The notes beneath the pieces were generated by a model, which saw nothing but the letters and a program-made list of their open reading frames with translations, made no database searches and had not been told where the DNA came from. The translations under genes and the position numbers were made by a program. Below are positions 34,465-42,844 of a stretch of DNA of 46,303 bases, piece by piece. The stretch is from an uncultured Gammaproteobacteria bacterium (GTDB taxonomy: Bacteria > Patescibacteriota > Patescibacteriia > JACQRZ01), in the NCBI GenBank assembly GCA_964370875.1, contig CAYJLM010000001.1, positions 1 through 46,303 on the forward strand. Reading direction: 5' to 3'. Position 1 is the stretch's first letter. Each line of letters starts with the position of its first letter.

Positions 34465-34475
34465 TCACGTACAAT
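34448..34475 (+). promoter_or_regulatory. Near-consensus sigma70 promoter TTGACA-16-TACAAT
   Basis: -35 at 34448-34453 and -10 at 34470-34475, about 35 nt upstream of a strong intrinsic terminator. Confidence 0.6.
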
Positions 34476-34509
34476 ACGACTAATTACGAGGCCAGAAACG
34501 CAGACACTC

Positions 34510-34550
34510 GCCCCGCTTGACTCACCAGGAGTCGGCGGGGCTTTTTATTT
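34510..34550 (+). terminator. Rho-independent terminator/attenuator abutting the protease-scaffold start codon
   Basis: GCCCCGC-tt-GACTC-accag-GAGTC-g-GCGGGGC, then TTTTTATTT, then ATG at 34551. Confidence 0.75.
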
Positions 34551-35567
34551 ATGCCTAACTCCGCTGATTACATTTCACCGTTCGCATTCGGACAATTCGC
34601 GGCCACCAAAGCCGGTGACCCGTATCTGTGGATGCCCTACGGCCCAATTACCAAGAACGGTGAGACGATTCTAGTTGACCGCAACTATGCCGCCAAATTC
34701 AAGCTGCCCCACTTCAAGCCGCCAATCAAACTAGGCAGCCATGACGAACCGACCCCGGCGGGCGGGCATATCATCTCCTATGAACTGCGGGATGACGGGA
34801 TTTGGGTCACGCCCGAATTGGTAGCCAGTGGCGAGAAAGCCCTGGCAGACGGGGCTTACCGCTATCACTCACCTGAAGTCATCTGGGAGGGCGGCTACAT
34901 TCTCGACTCAACGACGGGCCAGAAGATATACGGCCCTTTGATTATGGGTGATGCGCTCCTGCATACGCCCGCACTAGGTGAAAAGACTTCTCTCTACGTT
35001 ATCGAAAGGAAAGAATCCATGACTGAGCAAAATATCACCGTCCCTGTTAGCTGGTTGGAGCGGATGTTTGGCAAGAAAGAAACCCCCGCACCCGAACCGC
35101 CTCCGCAGAAAACGGAACTTACCATTGACGGCGAGGAAATCAAGAAACTTCAAGCCGAGGCCAGCAAAGCTACCACCTTGCAGGCCGAACTCGACACCCT
35201 CAAGGCCGAAGCCAGCCGCCAGGAACAATTGACCGCCCTGACCGCCGAGATGGGCGATGTCAAGCAGTACAACGCCACGATTGCCGGGAAGCCCGCCGAA
35301 GTGGCTGCGCATCTATCTGCCATGCCAACCGCCGAACAGGATTGGGTCAAACAGCAATTCAAAGCGCTCTCGGCTCAAATCAATGAGACCGAACTGCTCA
35401 AGAAACATGGCGACCCGACCCAACAGAGCAACGACAACCCGGTCGCGCAATTCAATGCGGCGGTGCTGGAGCGGTCGGTCAAGGACAAGGTTGACTACCC
35501 GACTGCCGTCCGGCTGGTAGCGGCTGAACAGAAAGACCTATACGAAGCCTATCTGGCGGCTCGTTAA
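34551..35567 (+). CDS. Prohead protease/scaffold (Mu gpI-like N-terminus, coiled-coil C-terminus)
   Basis: The N-terminal 150 aa (FAFGQF..LVDRNYAAKFKLPHFKPPIKLGSHDE..YRYHSPEVIW) resemble Mu_I-gp32. The C-terminal half is Ala/Glu/Lys/Gln-rich coiled coil. No SD precedes the ATG. Confidence 0.65.
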   Translation: MPNSADYISPFAFGQFAATKAGDPYLWMPYGPITKNGETILVDRNYAAKFKLPHFKPPIKLGSHDEPTPAGGHIISYELRDDGIWVTPELVASGEKALADGAYRYHSPEVIWEGGYILDSTTGQKIYGPLIMGDALLHTPALGEKTSLYVIERKESMTEQNITVPVSWLERMFGKKETPAPEPPPQKTELTIDGEEIKKLQAEASKATTLQAELDTLKAEASRQEQLTALTAEMGDVKQYNATIAGKPAEVAAHLSAMPTAEQDWVKQQFKALSAQINETELLKKHGDPTQQSNDNPVAQFNAAVLERSVKDKVDYPTAVRLVAAEQKDLYEAYLAAR

Positions 35568-35619
35568 TCGGATTGGATTTTATCCATCGTAGCGCGCGAT
35601 GACACAGAGGACATAAACA

Positions 35620-36018
35620 ATGGCTGCTGGTAATCATGGAACCGTCATGCCGCGCTACCTCCCCGGTCTGCTGGCCGGTCTGACGTTGGCGGCGAAACAA
35701 AACTACGTTGTCAAGCACGCCTCAACCGCTAACGCGGTGGTTGCGGTGACCGCTACGACCGATATTGCCATCGGGGTTGTGCTGAACGACCCGGCTTCGG
35801 GCGAAGCGGCTCTGGTGGCTGATGATGGCATTGTCCCTTGCATCGCGGGCGTCAACGACCTGGCGCGCGGGGAAAACGTCGGATATGACTCGACCGGGCG
35901 GGTGGTTGACCATACGACCGCCAACCGCTTGAGCATTGGCCGGGCACTTGAGGCCTCAACAACCGTCGGAGATATTGTAAGTATCCAACTCTATGGTGGT
36001 GGAGCGCACCTCTACTAG
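35620..36018 (+). CDS. DUF2190-type head decoration/cement protein
   Basis: 132 aa, directly upstream of the capsid gene. Contains AIGVVLNDPASGEAALVADDGIVPC..GENVGYDSTGRV. Confidence 0.65.
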   Translation: MAAGNHGTVMPRYLPGLLAGLTLAAKQNYVVKHASTANAVVAVTATTDIAIGVVLNDPASGEAALVADDGIVPCIAGVNDLARGENVGYDSTGRVVDHTTANRLSIGRALEASTTVGDIVSIQLYGGGAHLY

Positions 36019-36042
36019 AAGCGCACACAGGAGACATAAGAC

Positions 36043-36993
36043 ATGCCTACTATCCCCACCATCAACGATGTACAGGGCGTCGAAACCGTCCTGACAAATA
36101 TGCTGATTGGCTACATGCAGACTGATACCCGCTTTGTGGCTACCCGTCAATTCCCGTTCGTGCCGGTGGCCTACGACTCCGGGACATTCTTCATCGTCAC
36201 CAAGAAATACTTTTTTATGGATGACCTGCGGGCACGTGCCCCCGGCGGTGATTTTGAGTATGCGGGCTTTGGCCTCTCGACTGACACCTATTCCACCTTC
36301 CAGTGGGGCAAGGGGCTGCTCCTGCCCGACGAAGTCCGGGGTAACTCCCAAGTCCCTATGGATTTGGAGCAGATTGGCTTGCGGCAGTTGTCGCAGAAGT
36401 CCCTCATCCGCAAGGAAGTGGCCTTCGCTACCGACTTCATGGCCTCCGGCGTCTGGGGCACAACCGACAGCAACAGCACGACCGACTGGGATGATTTCGC
36501 CGCTGGTGACCCGGTCAATGACGTGATGACCGCCTCGCGCACCATCTCCAACAACACCGGGTACGATGCCAACAGTATGACGCTGGGCTATATCGTGCAT
36601 CAGGCCTTGACTCTGCATCCCGATATTCTTGACCGCTTGAAGTACACGACCGCCGCGACTCAAATGGCGGTGGAAGGCGCACTGGCGGCCATCTTCGGCA
36701 AGTCAAACTACTGGGTTGGCAAGGCGACCTACACCAACACCAACGAGGCTTCGGCCTTCTCGGCTTCGGCTATCGTGGACGATGATTGCCTGGTTTCGTA
36801 TGTTGACCCAAGCGCCGGCATCTTTGGCGCGACGGCTGGCAAGACCTTCACCTGGGCGGTGGGCGGCGGTGAGGGTGCAATCTTCCGTGACCCAGCCCGG
36901 CAGAACCACAGCGATACCTTCCAGCACAAGGAACAGTGGGATCAGAAGGTGGTTGCTTCCGACCTCGGCTACATCTTCCTGGACGTGGTTTAA
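36043..36993 (+). CDS. Major capsid protein (HK97-fold, gpE/Mu T-like family)
   Basis: 316 aa with a strong SD (AGGAG). Its position after the protease and decoration genes is typical, as is the N-terminal PTINDVQGVETVLTNMLIGYMQ. Confidence 0.8.
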   Translation: MPTIPTINDVQGVETVLTNMLIGYMQTDTRFVATRQFPFVPVAYDSGTFFIVTKKYFFMDDLRARAPGGDFEYAGFGLSTDTYSTFQWGKGLLLPDEVRGNSQVPMDLEQIGLRQLSQKSLIRKEVAFATDFMASGVWGTTDSNSTTDWDDFAAGDPVNDVMTASRTISNNTGYDANSMTLGYIVHQALTLHPDILDRLKYTTAATQMAVEGALAAIFGKSNYWVGKATYTNTNEASAFSASAIVDDDCLVSYVDPSAGIFGATAGKTFTWAVGGGEGAIFRDPARQNHSDTFQHKEQWDQKVVASDLGYIFLDVV

Positions 36994-37005
36994 GGCAGGT
37001 GAGCA

Positions 37006-37446
37006 ATGGCTAACCGACCTCAAAACTCACCGAAGGGATTGTTTGTCAAGAAAAAGATTGGCGTAGCCGATTCGAGTGGCAATGTATCCTATCTCACTTC
37101 CAACTCAACCGGGTTGGCATTGGATGGGGCATTGCAGTTGTCCGGGTCGGTCGCTCACAAGTTGACCGGCAATTCGACCGGGCTGGTATTGTCGGGCGGC
37201 GTGAAGATTAGCAATCAGGCCAATGGCGTTTTGACCGCCAACTCGACCGGCGTCAATGCCGTCGGCTCGGTGGCAGTTTCCGGGCAGGCCACATTTGGCA
37301 AGCTATCAGCCAATTCAACCGCATTGATTTTGCCGAACTCGGTGCGGGTCGGAACAAAGACGACCTACCTGAGTTCGGATTCTACGGGAATGAAACTGGG
37401 GTCTCGATACGTGAGCACCAACACAACTGGGAACTCAGTCACCTAA
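37006..37446 (+). CDS. Repeat protein with L-[TS]-x-N-S-T-[GA] motifs (candidate modification substrate / head fibre)
   Basis: 146 aa with SD AGGTGAG. Gly/Ser/Thr/Asn/Val/Leu-rich. It has six N-x-S/T sequons, five of them in conserved repeat contexts. Confidence 0.7.
   Translation: MANRPQNSPKGLFVKKKIGVADSSGNVSYLTSNSTGLALDGALQLSGSVAHKLTGNSTGLVLSGGVKISNQANGVLTANSTGVNAVGSVAVSGQATFGKLSANSTALILPNSVRVGTKTTYLSSDSTGMKLGSRYVSTNTTGNSVT
37090..37443 (+). repeat. Imperfect tandem coding repeats, period ~66-72 bp (22-24 aa), 5 copies plus a short sixth
   Basis: The repeat cores are YLTSNSTG (aa 29), KLTGNSTG (52), VLTANSTG (75), KLSANSTA (99), YLSSDSTG (121) and YVSTNTTG (135). Confidence 0.7.
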
Positions 37447-37551
37447 CTTTGTCGAAGCAGGCGGCGGGAGGTTGGCGACTCTTGCCGGTGCGCGCTCACC
37501 CAATGGAGTCGCGCAGCCCCCGCCGTCTTGCTCCGAGCGCGCGGAGCATTT

Positions 37552-38529
37552 ATGAACAACCAAACAGCACCGAAGGAATACACTGGCTCGTGTTATATTG
37601 GGTGGGTCGGGCCAGAGGGGGAAAACGGGGAATGCCGGGACAGTATCGAACATCTGATACTTGACCGGGGCGATAGTTTTCCAGTCCCCGTCCGGGCCAC
37701 AAAGGGCTACGAAGCCCGCAACATTCATTTTGAGCGGTGGCTAACCAAGACGGAGCATCCCTTTATGCTCCTGCTTGACCATGACCATGTTTTCCCGCCG
37801 GATACATTACGGCGCTTGCGTTCGCACAAGCTCCCCTATGTGTCCGGTCACTATTTAAGGCGACGGTACGAACCGATTGCGCCGGTCTGGTTTGAGCCGT
37901 TCAGCGGGTCATGGCCTTTCAAGCCATTCATGAAAGACCCGGAGCGCGGCAAGCTACATGAGTTGGGCGCGTCCGGTTGGGGTTGTATCCTCATTCACCG
38001 CGACGTGGCTCTGGCAGTACAGGCGCTATTGCATCACGAGCCATTGGTGCTTGAAGATGACATGGACATCTGGGCCTACGACCTCGACAAACTGATTGCC
38101 GCCCTGCGAATCCTGAACGGGTTACAGAATGGCGAAATCAAAGAGGATGGGGCGCGGGCCTTCCGGGTAGCCGTCAAGACTCTGAATGAGAATATCCGTC
38201 CACTGCGGGGCGTGAAAGACCCGGCGGGCAGTGATATACGATTCCCGTTCTACGCCAAACAGGCCGGGTATACGCTCTGGGGTGACCCGGACGTTAGAGT
38301 ACCCCACATGCTCAATTACCCACTCTCGCCCGATGACTACAGCGGGCAGACCGAAGAGTCTAAACTGACCCAGGCCGAAGTTGGTTTGCAGGGTTATTTC
38401 CCGGAACGGCGGCGCATGAAGGAACTCGCGGCAGTCCAGCGGGGCGAGGCCTGGGAATGTCCGCTCTGTGGCAATGTCAACCCGGTAACAGAACAAGTCT
38501 GCCTGGGGTGTGATGAGGCAAGAAAATGA
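37552..38529 (+). CDS. GT-A-fold glycosyltransferase with C-terminal RanBP2-type zinc finger
   Basis: ATG 37552 lies behind GGAG. DxD-like LLLDHDHVF, GASGWGCILIHRDV, and GSDIRFPFYAKQAGY. C-terminal WECPLCGNVNPVTEQVCLGC. Confidence 0.65.
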   Translation: MNNQTAPKEYTGSCYIGWVGPEGENGECRDSIEHLILDRGDSFPVPVRATKGYEARNIHFERWLTKTEHPFMLLLDHDHVFPPDTLRRLRSHKLPYVSGHYLRRRYEPIAPVWFEPFSGSWPFKPFMKDPERGKLHELGASGWGCILIHRDVALAVQALLHHEPLVLEDDMDIWAYDLDKLIAALRILNGLQNGEIKEDGARAFRVAVKTLNENIRPLRGVKDPAGSDIRFPFYAKQAGYTLWGDPDVRVPHMLNYPLSPDDYSGQTEESKLTQAEVGLQGYFPERRRMKELAAVQRGEAWECPLCGNVNPVTEQVCLGCDEARK

Positions 38530-39389
38530 AAACGCTCTTTATCGCCTCTGGCCCATACTCGTGGGGGTCGGCTCGAATGCGCTGTTACTGGCCCGCCAAG
38601 TACATGACTGACGCGCACGTAATCCTCAACGGCGAACCGCTCCCGACAAACTTCGATAACTATATCTTCCAGAAGCAGGCCGCCAATGAGGACGTCATGC
38701 GGAAATTAGGGGAGATGGGCAAGCGAGTCTACTGGGATTTGTGCGATCCGATGTGGTGGTGGAGTCCCGAATTTGTAGAGGCGATTGCCCCGCTTTGTCA
38801 CAGGCTTGTTTTTAGCAGTCGGGCGCTTGAGGATGATTACCTGAATTGGTGTTCGAGTGAGACTCTAATCACCATCCCCGACCGGCTGGACTTTGACCAC
38901 TTCAAGCAACGCGCGGTATTGGCTGACCGTTCCCCGATTCGCCTGATTTGGTACGGGGTGGCAGTCAACCGGATTGCACTCATGGCGGCGCTGGCTAACC
39001 TCGAACGGCTGGCGGCTAATGGCGTGAAATTCGAGCTAACCATCTTTGATGACCGCCCCGAAGTACAATGGCTGGAAACCGATTCGTTTCCCGTCTATCA
39101 TGTGCGCTGGAGCGTTGAGAAGGAAATCGACATACTGACGGCTCACGACATTGCGCTCCTGCCGCCCTATCCCGGCCCCTGGGGGAGGGTGAAAAGCCCC
39201 AACAAGAAGATAACCGCCTGGGCTTGTGGCCTGCCCGTGACGACCGGCGAGGACTATAATGAGTTGTACGATATATGCCACATGCTAGAGATGCGGGTGG
39301 CGCTGGCAAACGCCGGATGGCGTGAGGCTGAAACAAACTGGCGCGCGGAACAGAGCGCGAAGGATTGGGAGGTATTGCTAGCCGAATGA
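38526..39389 (+). CDS. Possible GT-B-fold glycosyltransferase
   Basis: 287 aa with ATGA overlap. Two-Rossmann-like layout; KSPNKKITAWACGLPV resembles a GT1-type C-terminal motif. Weak by-eye call. Confidence 0.45.
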   Translation: MKTLFIASGPYSWGSARMRCYWPAKYMTDAHVILNGEPLPTNFDNYIFQKQAANEDVMRKLGEMGKRVYWDLCDPMWWWSPEFVEAIAPLCHRLVFSSRALEDDYLNWCSSETLITIPDRLDFDHFKQRAVLADRSPIRLIWYGVAVNRIALMAALANLERLAANGVKFELTIFDDRPEVQWLETDSFPVYHVRWSVEKEIDILTAHDIALLPPYPGPWGRVKSPNKKITAWACGLPVTTGEDYNELYDICHMLEMRVALANAGWREAETNWRAEQSAKDWEVLLAE

Positions 39390-40696
39390 ACATCGTCATC
39401 GCTAACACCGTAGGCCGTCTCGATTCGGGTGAGTTGGTTGTCACCTTCCCCAGCCGATGGTCGTCTGTCGTTGCCCATAAGGTCAACGGAAACTTTGATT
39501 TTTATCCTTATGAGTTAGGCTATGTTTCGGCCATGCTAAAACGGGAACTACCGAAAGGCTGGGCAACCGTAACGATGGTAGACGGGTGTCACGAGTGCCT
39601 ATCGGCAGATGAATATATCCCGCGGCTGGCCCTGCTTCGGCCCGATGTATTGATTACCGAATGTTGCGCCCTCACCTATCCGGCTATGACGCGAGTCTTG
39701 CATGGGTTACAGGCGCTAGGCTATGCCAAAGCGGGCGCGTGGTTGGGCGGGCCATACGGGATGTACAACCCCGTTCAGGCTACGAATGACGGCTGGAGCG
39801 TAATGACAGGCGAATACGAATACCGGATAGCCGATGCGTTTCAATTGCCACACCCGCCGGGCCAGTACATTGATTTAGACTGGTTGCCATTTCCCGAAGA
39901 TGACGACATCAGGCGGATTGAGTATGAAGAGCCGTTTGGCAATCCCTATAGCGGGATGGTACAGGTTTACGCCTCGCGGGGCTGCCCGCTGGCCTGTAAG
40001 TTCTGTGTTGTGCCGATGTACTATGGTGGGCACGGTAACAGCCACAAGAGCCACCGGGTGAGGGACGTCGAATCGGTCTGTGCTGAATTGGGGTATTTGG
40101 CCGCTAAATACACAGACCGATTCAACGGGGCATACTTCCACGAAGAGACGCACAACGCGAATCCCGAATGGCTGGCGGCGCTGTGTGAAGAGATAATCGC
40201 GCAAGGGTTGAATCGCTATCACTATGACGCGATGTGCGGCTATTGGACGTTCACCGAGGACTTGATTGGTCTTATGGCGCGGGCCGGATACTGCAATATT
40301 AGAGTCGGCATCGAATCGCTCTCGCAGGGGGTTGGTAAGCGGATCGGGAAGGTTGTGTTTGAGGATAAGCTCATCAAGGTCTTGGAGTGGTGCAAGAAAT
40401 ACGGTATACGCACTTACGGCACATTGCAGGTCGGGGCGCAAGGGGCAACCGAGGCGGGCGATTTGGATACACTCGAATCAGTCTTGGACTTGCGGCGGCG
40501 CGGGCTACTTGATATTTGGCAGCACAGTATCAGCACCCCCCAGCCGGGTACGCCGTTCTTTGATGAGGTCAAGCAGGCGGGCTATCTCATCACCGAGGAT
40601 ATTCGACATTTCAACGGCGTACAGGCGGTTGTCTCATGGCCGGACTACCCCGCCGAACGAATCAACGCCGTGCGGAGGCGGTATCTAAACGCATGA
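39386..40696 (+). CDS. Radical SAM enzyme with N-terminal B12-binding-type domain (class B)
   Basis: CPLACKFC (CxxxCxxC, 39983-40006) follows a ~190-aa N-terminal Rossmann-like domain. IRVGIESLSQ. ATGA overlap. Confidence 0.8.
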   Translation: MNIVIANTVGRLDSGELVVTFPSRWSSVVAHKVNGNFDFYPYELGYVSAMLKRELPKGWATVTMVDGCHECLSADEYIPRLALLRPDVLITECCALTYPAMTRVLHGLQALGYAKAGAWLGGPYGMYNPVQATNDGWSVMTGEYEYRIADAFQLPHPPGQYIDLDWLPFPEDDDIRRIEYEEPFGNPYSGMVQVYASRGCPLACKFCVVPMYYGGHGNSHKSHRVRDVESVCAELGYLAAKYTDRFNGAYFHEETHNANPEWLAALCEEIIAQGLNRYHYDAMCGYWTFTEDLIGLMARAGYCNIRVGIESLSQGVGKRIGKVVFEDKLIKVLEWCKKYGIRTYGTLQVGAQGATEAGDLDTLESVLDLRRRGLLDIWQHSISTPQPGTPFFDEVKQAGYLITEDIRHFNGVQAVVSWPDYPAERINAVRRRYLNA

Positions 40697-41643
40697 AGCG
40701 CGTCTGCCTCATCCATCGGCCCGGTGCGAATAGCGGCGGCGATTGGGTAGCCCTGCAAGCCTACGCTGAAGCCCTCCAGATTCAAGGCTGGCAATACGCC
40801 CTCCGCCCCGCTGACAGGATAGGCGACCTGTCCGGTTTTGATTACGCCCATCTGTGGGCGGCTTGCTCCCCTGATTGGGGGTTGAATGCTGCGATTGAGG
40901 TCAAGCGGCAGGGCAAGCCTCTCATCATTACACCGTTTTGGTGGTCACGGGACGAACGGCAGGCGTTCTATGGCCGGGCCGGGCAGGACTTGACAGCCGG
41001 TTATACGCCGGGCGTGGCTGAAACCCTGAAGCGGGCGGATGTGTTATTCACCGTTACCGAGAGCGAGGCGCGGCAATGTTGGGAGCTTGCGCCGAATGTA
41101 AAAGCCTGGATTGTTCCGATGGGGACTGAAGCGAGATTAGGACTGGTGGCCCAGCCTGTTGAGAATTTTGTATTGTCGATTGGCCGGATTGAGCCACACA
41201 AGAATCAATTGACCCTGGCAAAGGTCTGCAAGATGCTGGGCTATAAGCTGATACTATTCGGGAAAGTCGTCCACCGTCAATATGCCGATATGATCCTGTC
41301 GCTCGGTCATCCGATTTATCAGGCGGCAGACCTATCGGAAACGATGAAATGGAAACTCCTGTCACATTGCCGCGTCCATGCCCTACCATCATTCTTTGAG
41401 AATCCCGGCCTTGTGCATGGCGAGGCGTTGGCGCTCGGCATTCCGGCGGTGATGGGTGGTCATGGGTGCGAAACAGAATTCTATAAAGAAAACGGTATCT
41501 ACTGTGACCCGACTCAAATCACCGATGTCGCACGGGCGCTTAAGGTGGGTTGGGAGCGCCAGCGGCAAGCCCCCGCCAAACTGCCGACGTGGATAGATGC
41601 GGCCAATCGGGCGATTGAATGGATGGAGGCGCACGAATGCTAA
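40693..41643 (+). CDS. Glycosyltransferase family 1/4 (GT-B)
   Basis: SIGRIEPHKNQ and PSFFENPGLVHGEALALGIPAV (E-x7-E motif). ATGA overlap. Confidence 0.85.
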   Translation: MKRVCLIHRPGANSGGDWVALQAYAEALQIQGWQYALRPADRIGDLSGFDYAHLWAACSPDWGLNAAIEVKRQGKPLIITPFWWSRDERQAFYGRAGQDLTAGYTPGVAETLKRADVLFTVTESEARQCWELAPNVKAWIVPMGTEARLGLVAQPVENFVLSIGRIEPHKNQLTLAKVCKMLGYKLILFGKVVHRQYADMILSLGHPIYQAADLSETMKWKLLSHCRVHALPSFFENPGLVHGEALALGIPAVMGGHGCETEFYKENGIYCDPTQITDVARALKVGWERQRQAPAKLPTWIDAANRAIEWMEAHEC

Positions 41644-42251
41644 CTGAACGAAGCCGCGAGATCCCGTTTCTGCTCAATCACGCCATTGGCGCGCGCGATA
41701 TGCTGGACATCGGTTCGGCAGGCTCGAAGTATCTGGCGTCCCTGTCGCAAGTCGTTCACAATCTCACCTGTATCGATACCCGCGATTATGAGGTGCCGTA
41801 TGGGGTGACGGGCTTGATTGGCGATGCGACTCATTTACCCGAAGATTGGACAGGGCGCTTTGATTGTGTCTCCTGTATCAGTGTGCTTGACCATGTTGGA
41901 CTGGACGCTTACGGCAATAACGCCGACCCGGAAGCATTGGGGCGGGTAGTGTCTGAAATGGCGCGGGTAACAAAGCGGGGCGGCAAGCTGATTGTGACCG
42001 CCCCGGTAGGCAGGCCGCAACTCACCATCCATCCCAACGGCGGGCAGCGGGTGTTTGACCCCGACGAACTTTATGATTTATTTGTTGATAAGGACTGGCG
42101 ACTCAAGTATTACGAAGGATGGGCCTTAGTCAACTATGATGACGGAATAGAAGAATATAAACAATGTAATATAGTTGCGTGGCTATCCAATTCGGAATAT
42201 GGCGGAAATCGCGCCAATGCTTGTCTGTGTGCGGAGTTGATTCGGCTATGA
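41637..42251 (+). CDS. Class I SAM-dependent methyltransferase
   Basis: Motif I MLDIGSAGS, then FDCVSCISVLDHVG and GGKLIVTAP. ATG 41637 overlaps the upstream gene by 7 nt. Confidence 0.75.
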   Translation: MLTERSREIPFLLNHAIGARDMLDIGSAGSKYLASLSQVVHNLTCIDTRDYEVPYGVTGLIGDATHLPEDWTGRFDCVSCISVLDHVGLDAYGNNADPEALGRVVSEMARVTKRGGKLIVTAPVGRPQLTIHPNGGQRVFDPDELYDLFVDKDWRLKYYEGWALVNYDDGIEEYKQCNIVAWLSNSEYGGNRANACLCAELIRL

Positions 42252-42844
42252 AAATCGTGGCGCTAATTATCGGAATCGACGGCTGGAACGAATACACCGC
42301 GCCATTGGTTGCGGGCATTCAAGACCATGAACCGGATTGCCAGATTGTCGTCATTGACAACCACAGCCAGCGGCCTTACCCGGCTATGCCATACGTGCAT
42401 TACACTGACCGACTATGCTATGCGAAGGCAATCAACGCGGCGGCATCATTCGCGCCTGATGCGGACTGGTATATCATCCTCTCAAATGACGTGGCCTGTA
42501 CGGGTGAGTTCTCCGAGATGGTTAGCCGCCTTGACCCGGAGTGCATCTATGGCGGGGAAATGTACACCTTCTATGACGCTATTCCGTTTGTCATGGGGTG
42601 GTGTGTTATCACCTCGCGGGCCATGTTTGAGCGGGTGGGCGGCTGGGATGAAAACTATGTTGTCAGCAGTTGGGAGGACGTGGATTACTCCGAGGCGGTT
42701 CGCAAGGCGGGCGGGCAGTTGGATGTAATCGGCGGCCTGCCGTTCAAGCACCTAGACCAACGCCAGCGGTTTGGTCTGCCAGAGTTTGCGGGGACGCACG
42801 AACGGAATAAGGATTACTTTCTAAAGAAGTGGAAGTATCAATGA
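42248..42844 (+). CDS. Glycosyltransferase family 2 (GT-A)
   Basis: KIVALIIG.., QIVVIDNHS, ILSNDV, GWCVITSRAMFERVGGWDE, and SWEDVDYS. ATGA overlap. Confidence 0.8.
   Translation: MKIVALIIGIDGWNEYTAPLVAGIQDHEPDCQIVVIDNHSQRPYPAMPYVHYTDRLCYAKAINAAASFAPDADWYIILSNDVACTGEFSEMVSRLDPECIYGGEMYTFYDAIPFVMGWCVITSRAMFERVGGWDENYVVSSWEDVDYSEAVRKAGGQLDVIGGLPFKHLDQRQRFGLPEFAGTHERNKDYFLKKWKYQ

Noticed and set aside
34466-34490. Resemblance to a T7-type phage RNA polymerase promoter: CAATACGACTAATTACGAGG versus TAATACGACTCACTATAGGG.
   Set aside because: Only the AATACGACT core matches, and the initiation region diverges. No single-subunit RNA polymerase gene is present. The same bases are better explained as the -10 (TACAAT) of a sigma70 promoter.
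35956-36663. Long antisense ORF (235 aa) opposite the major capsid gene. Similar antisense or overlapping ORFs occur at 32429..33091, 21976..22482, 18340..19188, 39875..40441, 39016..39486, 7219..7653 and 5985..6311.
   Set aside because: Their translations are Arg/Gly/Pro/Ser-rich and low in complexity. They lack SD sequences, and each lies opposite an ORF with clear motifs. This is typical of stop-poor antisense frames in GC-rich coding DNA.
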